A DNA stretch of 64,000 bases, taken from assembly GCF_001194135.2 (NCBI RefSeq), contig NC_068986.1:64815257-64879256 (forward strand), given 5' to 3'. The notes under the pieces were generated by a model that saw nothing but the letters and a program-made list of their open reading frames with translations, had not been told where the DNA came from and did no database searches. Positions 13,001 through 23,363 of this stretch are shown one piece after another (position 1 is the stretch's first letter; each line of letters begins with the position of its first letter). Source of the DNA: Octopus bimaculoides. Lineage: Eukaryota. The position numbers and the translations under genes were made by a program.

Positions 13001-13352
13001 AGCAGATGACAGCACAAACAGAATCCGTGTTTCCACAGAATCATCACCCCAACGGGCACCAACCACCCATCAACAGCCCAACGACACACCTCAGACACCA
13101 GTGCAGAGCACAAGATCCACCAGATGGAGACTGAACATTTTACCACCGATTCGATACCGTTAAAAGAAGAAAAAAAAACCAAAAAACTATTTCTTCTAGA
13201 TCAGGAAGCAGAAAACTATGTGTGTGGGCAGAATAATCTCACGGTTTCTGCTGCAGGATTGCCACCCTTGCGCTGACAAGCCATTAGTGTAAGGGAGATT
13301 ACTTCTATTTTTTCATTGCCAAAATATCCTTTTTGTTTTTATCAAGAAGGGA

Positions 13353-13605
13353 TGTTACACGTTCATATTTATGTGTATGCGTAGGTATACGTATATAGGA
13401 ATACACCCCCACTAGAAGTACTATTTTGTTAAGCGCATCTACTAGGCAGTATGAACTGTGTCTAAGGCAGATACGCACAGTGTGTATCACTCCGCTATAT
13501 ATATACTGTTTGTAAACATGCCAAATAAATAAACAGGAAGAATCATAATGGTGCCTTCAGTGAGTTGTTTTATTATCCCAACACGAACCAAAAGAATACA
13601 TAACA
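13353..13605 (+). repeat. 3' LTR (253 bp) preceded by polypurine tract aagaaggga
   Basis: Direct repeat of the 5' LTR. The PPT is at ~13344-13352. Confidence 0.95.
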
Positions 13606-13644
13606 AATATATATAATATTGTTACAATATATATAAAAGAATAC

Positions 13645-13682
<38 letters not shown>

Positions 13683-14777
13683 CTTATGTATATATTTATA
13701 TTATCTCAGTTTTAAAAAAACCATGACAATGTAAATATGTTAATAGTTACCATGGGTAGCAAAAATTACACAAAAAAAACAGGATATCACACCCGTTTTA
13801 TAGGTAGAGATACCAAGTTAAAGTGATGCATTTTGAGTAGATATGAATAATAACAATAAATGGAGCAAAACGCATATAAATAAAAATTCCTTTAACTTTT
13901 ATTTATATGCGTTCTGCTCCATTCATTGTTATTATTCCTGAGGTGAATAGTGTAAGGTTTACCAAATTCAGCTTTACTTCCAGGGTTGATAAAATAAAAT
14001 ATGTCCTATATCGGACTGAAATAGCCAGCTATACCCTCATCCAAATTTGAGGTAATGTGAAGAATCCACTGAAGTGGATATATAGCCAAACATATCCAAC
14101 GCTATAAAAATTAAAATAAAAACGGTGGAATTTTGGTTTAAGCACTCCAAATAACCACTCATAACTTTATTTTTTGGAACTTTCAGAAAAAAAATATTTG
14201 CGAAATTGTGTTCTACACACGGGAATTCATATAAATATGCAAAAAAAAAAAAAAAATCGTGATTTAAGGGCGATTTAGCTGTTATTTTTAGCACATCTCA
14301 CGACCACAAAATAAACACTATTGCTGCTGAATTATGTTCCTATAAAGGAAACATTAAGAATATTCCGTAAAATAGAGAACGATAAAATTTTTATTTTCAA
14401 AGGGAGATTAAGAAAAACAAAGCGATAGTAACTTTTACATAAAGAAAAAAAATTAAAATCACACAAAATTAAATCTTTAATATAAAGTTTGTGGAAATAT
14501 CGCAATAATTTTGTTGAGAAATTTCAAATTAACAAAAAACATTTGAGATGAAAATGAATTAAAATAGGAATTGAAATTAAGTAGAAAACTAAAAACAAAT
14601 GAGAAACGGACGGAAGTGTTTCCGAAAAAAGTTAATAAAACAGCTCTTTTTGTTTATTTGAAATAAAATTTTAAATAGCAGATTTTTTTCGATTCTAAAA
14701 AAATATTTTATTAGATTTAAATTTGAATGCAATATTGAAAAATAAAATCGATAATACCCAACAGGTTAATGCTCGCT

Positions 14778-15812
14778 TTATATAACGCAAACATCAACAA
14801 ACCGTGGATTGTCTTGTCTTTCATCATGCACCGTGAAGCCTTGACCATTCCCTCCAGTTGTGTCTTTTTCTAACTGAGGGACACTAAGACACATTGGGCA
14901 CAAATGATTCCTGATAGATGATGATCTCATCCACATAACCAAATTATGTCGGGTTCCAGATTCAATGGGAAGTGCTTCGTGCATCTGGCGACCTCGATGA
15001 AGGATTCCATATCTTGGTGTGTTAGGATAGTGAAAAGTTGACGTTTCATACATTTCTGTGTTAAGTCCGCGGAAGTTCAAGCCACCCGCACTAAATTCTT
15101 TACCAAGGCAAACATTCAGTGTTATTTCAGCATTGTCATAATGAGCACCAAGATTTCTATCTTGCCCGCAAGCATACTTCACAGTAAAAACTCTATGAGA
15201 ATCAAGACTACCACCTCCAAAATCGGGAAACAAGTAGCGTGTAATCCATGATAAATAATTAATTCTTAAAGGCTCCAGCAACTCCTTATCGAAACCTAAT
15301 TCATCGAGCAGGCAACCGTTATTGTTCATTGTATTTGGTCGGCCTTTCGGTAAATCACTTCTTTCAAAATTTTCCAGTTCTCGGATGAACATGTCGCAAA
15401 ACTCTTGCGTAAAAACAGGAAATGCATAGAGACGAAACGATTTATGTATAGTGATAGATTTTTTAACATCATCATTCATTCCTGCGTTCTTGCATAAGTA
15501 AACCAAATGCAAGAATTTTGGATCCAAATATGATTCTTTCAGAAAATAAATGCTTGGATGCAATGGTCTGTATCTGGATGAGATCAGTTGACGTCGATGT
15601 AAAGCATTTTTACATATATCACGCCTTCTTTGTATTTCATCTTTTATCTCTTTAAATATTGATTCAAATTGTTCTTTAGAATTGCAACCCTTTTGTCGAA
15701 GTGTTTCACCGTAAAGAGTTTTAAACGAAGATTCATCTTTGAAAGTAACGTGCATCCCATATTTTCTTAGAAATATGTTACGGCTGTAGAAGCATGCACA
15801 ATTGTAAAACAT
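14778..15812 (-). CDS. OGFOD2: 2-oxoglutarate/Fe(II)-dependent oxygenase domain protein 2, single uninterrupted exon, 344 aa
   Basis: N-terminal CACF..N..L.KYGMHV, then SDLPKGRPNTMNN, LDSHRVFTVKY, the HYDNAEITLNV iron ligands, LHRGRQMHEA, RHNLVMWMRSSSIRNHLCPMC and C-terminal VDVC. All match OGFOD2 as I recall it. Confidence 0.93.
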   Translation of the reverse strand: MFYNCACFYSRNIFLRKYGMHVTFKDESSFKTLYGETLRQKGCNSKEQFESIFKEIKDEIQRRRDICKNALHRRQLISSRYRPLHPSIYFLKESYLDPKFLHLVYLCKNAGMNDDVKKSITIHKSFRLYAFPVFTQEFCDMFIRELENFERSDLPKGRPNTMNNNGCLLDELGFDKELLEPLRINYLSWITRYLFPDFGGGSLDSHRVFTVKYACGQDRNLGAHYDNAEITLNVCLGKEFSAGGLNFRGLNTEMYETSTFHYPNTPRYGILHRGRQMHEALPIESGTRHNLVMWMRSSSIRNHLCPMCLSVPQLEKDTTGGNGQGFTVHDERQDNPRFVDVCVI

Positions 15813-16914
15813 GATTAAATTCGAAATAACTGATCAATAGTTTTGTTTGGTATACATCATAAAAATAAAAACTGATTAAAGAAAAAAATATATACGCCTA
15901 TAAAGCGCCAGGTTTGCAGGAATAATAAATAACAGATAACAAATCAGTGACGTCACTGTAGCATATTTATGACGTATGACAATAATAGTTGCGTGTGAAA
16001 AGTAAGGAATAAAACAATGTCAACTTGGAAGAGTATCAGAAAGTTCTAGGCATAAAATGTAGAGATAACTAAGGATTGAGTAGTAAGGTAGAAATTAAAT
16101 TAAAAATGACTGATCTCCCCATAACACACCACGTGTTGCATGAGATTGGAAACTGTTAGTATTTTCAACTTTGTCAACAGTAACAAATAACGATATTACA
16201 GTGGTAGTAAAGTATAGGTTTACAGAGAAAAAACATATCGCTTTTATCCCATCCCCACCCGACAGGCTCAACTTGTCAATATTTCAAATGGAACAGAAGC
16301 TTCCAAAATAAAACAAAAAAACAAATATTGATTAAACTTGAAAAATACAATTTTATTATTGTGTATGAGTTAAAACATAAATAACCCATTTATAACTAAC
16401 AATAATCGGTTGACTAAGAAACTAAAAGTACCTTAGTTAAAAACTATGAAATAAACAAACAAACGCCATCAATACATTCAAACGAGTTAAATGCCGAAGT
16501 ATTAGCCAACTGTCATTTCTAACGCATGTTTCGATTTGTCAATTTGAATGCTAAGCTAGATTGAAAATTTCTCTTCGTAAATATTGTAGGAGGCAATTAA
16601 AACTATTACGATGATAAATATTATGCATTTATGCATTCTAATATTGTTAGAAGAATAAATTGTTTAGAGTGTGAGAGCTATGCTTTATTCAATTTAACTA
16701 TAAATTATAAAAGATTTGACAAATAAGCCAGCAACAGCCATAAGAATATTGACCAATCAGTGCGCTGCTTTCTAAAAACAAAAATTAGCGCGAATTAAAT
16801 AAGTCGTGTGTGAGTGAGAACTTGTTGTTGAATATCTTCACCAACAAGTTGAAATATACATATATAAATATATATCTTTCTCTTCGTTTATTTTGATTAA
16901 CTACAGTTACTTAA
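15813..16914. promoter_or_regulatory. Putative bidirectional promoter region between OGFOD2 and Myt1
   Basis: 1.1 kb between divergent ATGs, with no recognisable repeats. Motifs: 14-bp palindrome cagTGACGTCActg (CRE) 15945-15958; second half-CRE ~15970; GACCAATCAG (NF-Y) 16751-16760; E2F-like TAGCGCGAA 16786-16794. Confidence 0.55.
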
Positions 16915-16983
16915 ATGGCATTTTCAAGTCCTAGACCGACACCAAAGTTCTTCACAGAAACTGCAACATTTAGTACAAAGAAA
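16915..16983 (+). CDS. PKMYT1: Myt1 coding exon 1 ([23 protein letters not shown])
   Basis: ATG at the start; donor aaa|gtaagt, phase 0. Confidence 0.85.
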
Positions 16984-19900
16984 GTAAGTAAATTTTGTGT
17001 TAACAGTTGCCATGTGTATTTAAAGTTGGCTCCTTTCATTCTGTTTTTGCTTTATATTGTATTCGTTAGTTGTTCATACTTGTATTTTATTTTCACATGA
17101 CGCGGGTCGGAGTGAGGTAATATTTCTGTTTCGTTATCTAAATTTATTGTAAATATTTTAAACGTGTTAATTGTTTTCGCCCCGTTGAAAGTCCTTAACA
17201 AACTCCGCCTTCATTTTAGTCAAGTCTGTCAGGCCCACCTTATTTATCATTTTTTGTTTATTTCTACTCAACGCTGTCAGTTTATATTAATTGCTTTTCT
17301 TAGTTCTTTTGATCTTAACGTTTGCTAACGGCATCCACCCACAAAAATGTTTATTCTACTTTATTCTCCTCATTCTCATCCTGTCTTATTTATTACAAAA
17401 AAAAAATGAACATTTTCAAATTCTATGTTATATAACAAAACTTATTTGGATGAAGATAAGAGTCTACACAATTAACTTTCCTCCAATTAGTTTTATCCAT
17501 CGTGTATGTATTGGTTTGTGGCCCTTCTATAGTTGATAAACTGGGATTTCCGTATCTAATATTTGATTTTGATAATGTGCATATTGCAACTGTTGCTTTG
17601 TATATCCACATCAGCTTATATTTCTTCAGTTAAGTTGACATCCAGTTTGAGCTTTAATGAGGAGGCTGGTCATAATATATTTGTAGAAAAGAAAGGAGAT
17701 TGATTAAATGCTTAAGAAACTCTTACTATTTACTATAGAGAAAAAGTGTTTTGATTAATGAAATTTCATGTCTAATTGTAAAGGAATGTTTCCGCCTTTT
17801 TTTTTTTTTTAAACCTTTAGAATAAATATTATGATGTTAGGTTCCTACATATTCTGTCATTCTCCGAACTCAGGCTCTTGGAAAGTAGTGTCTGCTAACG
17901 CTTAATTAGTCTCCACAAGTTTACGATTTAAATTTTTTGAATTTTGTTAAAAAGTTCTATAAAGTTATAAACAAACTTTAAAAGAGGTTATTTCTCCAAA
18001 ATCTAACCAATATTGACCTTGGCCTTGCTCAGATATTAATTTCAGTTTCTGAAAGATTGACTGAATCGGATTAATGGGAAAGAAGGAAAAAAACTGCATT
18101 TGAGAATTAATCTTGGATTCTTGAAAAGTGTAGAGAAACTTTTTGACACTTCAAAGTAGGTGTGGTTCCCGCCTTCATAGAGTTGTACTGCTGGTGGAGT
18201 AACTTTTTTTTTTTTTTTTTTTTTTAGCTTTGTTAAATCTTAATTTGTGACACCCACAATTCTTCTTGCCACCATTTACCCCTTGTTTCATGACACCGAT
18301 GAGTTTACATTAACTGCTTGTAACCAACGAGGGAACGTCTAGGCGGTCACTTGACCTGGTAGAAATAGCAACCAAATCTGCTTTGAATCGCATCAAAATA
18401 TGAAAGTGTAGATTGTAAAAATGTGTGAATAGTGCATATGAAAAAGATGGGACAGTCGTGGTTGGAATGCCTCAGTAGTTTACTCGATTAGAGTTGAGCA
18501 TTAAGTCTGCAGACGACATTTGGAAGATGCGGATTACCAGTCATTGTATTACAGTTAAAGAGGATCAAAAGAAATATTTCTGTAAACTATAAAAATTAAG
18601 TTGCGTATCTTTTTCCATTTACCTCAATAGTGAGGTGGAAATTTTCTTCAGCGTCCACAACAATGCTAATTTCGTTGTGAATACAACGCAACAGCGTTTA
18701 ACCTTCCTCCTTAAGATGCTGAATTCCCTTCCGATACTAGTTGAAACATTTGAGTTTCATTTTCCTAATTCCTACAAGAAAAACAAAACCCCCGACTCTT
18801 GATTAGTGATTAATGACATGATTTGTTTACCCAAGTACATCATGTTCGTGGTTTCTACAGTACTACTCTTGATTTTTACAATGGCACAAGACAAAATTTG
18901 TAAAGAAGAGTAAAGTCGATCCAGCCTGTCTTTATCGTCCACAAAGGAAAAGACGAATTCGGAGGGTTAATATATAGATCCGCACCCGGTAGAAAAATTG
19001 AAAAAAAAATAGTGTAGTAGTTGAAGTGCACCGTATATTGAACAAATATGAAGGAAAAAATGCGCGCTGCGAAAGGGGGTGGGGTGGGGAGAGGGCTCGG
19101 AAAATTCACACAACCCGAGCACTAAATCTCAACGTCCGGTCACAGGAGTGAAACAAAAATCATGTAATACTTCTAATGCAATGTATATTGAACAAATATG
19201 AAGGAAAAAATGCGCGCTGGCAAACGGTGGGTGGGTGGGGAGAGGGCTCGGAAAATTCACACGGTCAGCCCTGCACAACCCGAGCGCTGAATCTCAACGT
19301 CCGGTCACAGGAGTGAAACAAAAATCATGTAATCTGTTATTTGATCTGATTATTGGCACAAGCATCAATTCCTTTTAATTAGCACTAAATCAGGATGGTA
19401 TCTTGCACTGGCTGTACTTTAACTTTATTTGGTTGCGTGGAGTTCGTTGGAACATATCATTTTTGGTTTTGTTTGTGATAGAAAATATACAAGAGATGTC
19501 ATCATGACAAACGTTAGCCAATTCAATGCAAGCTGTTTTCTTAATCCTATTTGGATTCAGATTCGCACTTGTTTTCGTACATTTGTTACTGTAACGCTGT
19601 TTACTCGACTTCAAATGAGCTCTGGCCGAGTGGACCTATTCTTTTTTATATTTTGTCTCATTCCAAGTACAGTTTACACTCATACCACATTTTTCATAGT
19701 GTTCCACTTATCTAAGATGGTAAGATGTGATTTGAAAGAAACCCAGCTGGCACTTCTAGCAGGTAGTAAAATTGCTATGTGAAGGCAGTCAGCGATGAAG
19801 CTTTTATATTGTCCCTTGATTTGCTTGAAACAATAGCTAAATCTCAATAGCTCAATCTCTCTAAAAATAGATTGCTGTTTTTAGATTTTCATTTTGGTTA

Positions 19901-22900
19901 AGATCCAAATTTATTGATGAAAATATTTTTGGATAAAAATCTAAAACAAAATTAAACATGAAACCCTGACCGTGATTCACTTATTTACATGCGTTAAAGA
20001 TCAAAATAATTATTTCTCGTTTATTTGACGGGCGTGGCTGTATGGTAAGAAGTTTGCTTCCCAGCCACTTCGTTCAAGGTTCTGTTTCACTGCTTGGCGC
20101 TTTGGCAAGTGTCTTCTATGGGGCCGAGCCGACCAAAACCTTGTGAGTGAATTTAGTAGATAGAAACTGAAAGAAGCCTGGTGTGTGTGTTCATGTCTCC
20201 TTGCCTTGACTTCAAGTGGTAACTGTAAACAAGTGTCACCATCAAGCAACTGGTGTCCTTTGTTTCCAATCTTCTGTGAAAACACGTCTGGTCAGGAGCA
20301 GATGTTACCTTACTTGGAAACAAGGTGAGGGTTGGCAATGAGAAGGCCATCTGACTGTAGAAAATCTTCACTATAAATTCTGTCCAACCAAGCATGGAAA
20401 AGTGGACGTTGAACTTATTATGATGGCATAAATCTGAAAATGTTATTACTTGTTGAAAACTCTTTGGATACTCTATATTTTCCCCCTCTGTATTGTACAA
20501 TTAGATACCATCATGATGTTTTTCAGTTTTAATATTGTAGTATGTTTACATTAAGTGGTCTAGAGCAGTGGTGGTCCGCAGACAGGTGCCAGTCCACGAG
20601 CCATCAGCTACTGGTATGCGGCGAATTTCCAGAAAAGACAAACCTTATAAAATACTTATGTAATATTGTATTATTTGTTTACAAAATAAATATAAGATTA
20701 AAAAATTGTCAGCTTTTATGTTCATTATATATATTTGTTTCCAGTATAAATTAATATTACTAAGAAATATTAGCAGTCCCTGGAACATTGGGAAAAAAAA
20801 AAATTGCTGGTATGCCACATCAGATAGTTTGAGAAGCACTGGTCTAGAGGATATTTTGAATTAGTTTTCTATAAATGTAATTTTTTTTTTTTTTTAAGGA
20901 CAGTTGATTCAAAATCTTTTAGAATTCATTGTCATTAATACGAATTTTTTTCATGATTATGTGTAATTATTTTACTGACTTTGGTGTGGTTAAATGGAAA
21001 GTTAATTCTTATGGGATGCTGAGAAAATTCTAACTAACAGTATTAATTTCCCATTTGGTTCTAAATGAGAGCTAGTTCATTAGATTTTTTGGTTAGCCTG
21101 TTAGCAGAAGATAATTAACTCTCAAAAGCTCAATCACTTGTGTTAGCAGTGTGGACACTAATTGTTTACCATTTAAATTACCTTATCCAAAGAAGTCCAT
21201 ATCAATTTGTTTAACTTCCTTTAATATAAACAATTCTATAGAAATCGAGCCAATGGAGGAACCTCTGTGCAGTTGTTTGACTGGCTAGAAATAAAAACCA
21301 CTTCTTCAAATCACTCTCTCCCTTAACGGTTACATTCAACAATAATATGCAATAAGATTGGCTGGTTGCAGCTAAAATTCTTTTTAGCATGAGGATGATG
21401 AGACGAAGCAACAACAATCTTTATGAATTTTTTTGTGTCAGAATTAACATTTAAGTAAACCTACAATTAATTCAAGTTTCTGCTGTTAGTATCTCTGTGT
21501 AACTATTTATTGCAATGCTTGTTGCAGGCTAGGGGTACACCTCGTGATTCATTGCCACCAAAACCTCCTGTGAAGAGTGCACCTCCATTCAGCCGAATAT
21601 TTGCCCTTCGTTTGCAACAGAAAGCATTACCTGTATCATTCCATAAAACAAACAACAGTATCCTTTTGATGTTTGCAGAAATTGTAGTTTTGTATGTGAG
21701 AACGTTTCAAAAGTCATTTTTCAACATCTGTAATACTAATGTAATAATATTACATACAATGTTTAGTTGTGCAAAGCTGTTTAGCATCTATAATCTAGAA
21801 ATGTATATTGTGGCTAGTTGTACACATGTTAACTGTTTAGTAGCTATAATACTGTTATTTCATATATTTTAGTTGTATGAATATTATATTTCTTTCGTAT
21901 GTTCTGCTCTGTTTTTTATAAACTTTATCCTTTAAATTGAATACCTACAATTCTAACTTCAATTGTCATGTGTCAAATTAATCCTTGCATGAAGAACTAG
22001 TTTCTGTCTACAAATAAACAGTGACCAGTTCTATTATTAGCATACATGTGAAATTCGTCAGTGGATATTAAGACTATATACTAATAGGTCATGAGTTTGA
22101 ATCTGTATCTATGGATAGAACAGCTTGTTCCAATTCTCAGCCAAAGGGACTGGATCATCTGGCAGTGTTGCTTGTAAATGATAGATTTGTAAACTTTCCG
22201 GGGGGAAGTGTTTTTCATCTGCTTCATGCTGTGAAATTGGAGTTAAGCACTTGATCCATAAAAACCCCTTTGGTCTCTCGAGATATTTTTGTTTTAGGAG
22301 AGCAGTGCAGTTGTAGTGTACAAGTAGAAGACTGAGCTGATGCACATGATCCAAGTAGGAGAAACCTGCAAAAGAAATAGGAAGTAGTAGTGAAAAGGGA
22401 TCTCAGGAGGCCAATGCAGCTTGTAGGGATACTGTGTTGGAGAAGAGCCATGTACACATAGAAAAACATGTGAAACATGGATAATAACAATAAATATTAC
22501 GACACAGACAATCATGATTCCTGGGATACAGCATCGTCATTTTTATTCCTTTCTCCCCTTTTTTTTTGGTACTTACAGGCACTCAAGCAGTCCCTGAAAA
22601 TATACCAATTCATTTTCGTTTATTTTTTGCTTATTTACTAGTTTGTTGAGAAAAATGCAGCTCTTACTACATATGGCTGTTTGTATCTTTCACATAATGT
22701 TTCAAGAACTGATTCCTTATCTTGTCTATCTTTACTAAATCCAAACTATGATGAACATAACAAGGAACCTTACTTCAATCAGTGCTTTGAGGTGGTCTCA
22801 AAGATTGGAGCTGGTTCATTTGGAGAGGTTAGTATTTTTACTTTACAGTAAAGCAAGAAAATTTGGGCATAAGAGGCATCAGATGTAGTGTGCACAAGAG

Positions 22901-23330
22901 AAGCCTGCCTTCGTATGGTCATGTGTATGGATGAAAACAGGTGCATATCATCATCATCATCCATCATTTTGAATTTGGGTTTTGTCCCTGTTAATGGGGG
23001 TGGCTGGATCTACCTCAATGCCATAGCAACCGCCCTTACACCACCTTGTCTGGTTTTGGGTGTCTTCCCTTCTTAAGCCAGTCCTCCCAATCTCCTCCTC
23101 CACCTGTTCCCTCCACATTTTCCTCGGTCTATCTTGCTTTTGCTGTCCATTTACCTCATACTCTAGCATCCTCTTCAGAACATGCTCCTCATCCCTCCTC
23201 AACACATACCCATACCACTGCACTCCGTTCCACTGATTCCTCCAACCCCAGCATCCCCATCAAGTCCTCAGTCCTCCTCTTATCAAACAGCCTCATGCCA
23301 CACATTTCTCTCACCATTGCTCTGTCCTCA

Positions 23331-23363
<33 letters not shown>

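Larger units (their letters stand above)
9844..13605 (+). mobile_element. Ty3/Gypsy LTR retrotransposon with internal deletion of reverse transcriptase (non-autonomous)
   Basis: Two LTRs with TGTTA...TAACA ends, a PBS and a PPT. Internal order is gag, protease (IDTGAQSDILP), then directly the RNase H C-terminus and integrase, with no RT motifs. Confidence 0.93.

Noticed and set aside
21658-21872. ORF track extension of exon 2 ([13 protein letters not shown]...)
   Set aside because: It reads past a consensus donor into AT-rich intron. Only the first few residues (SILL) could be alignable, and I found no strong downstream donor/acceptor pair.
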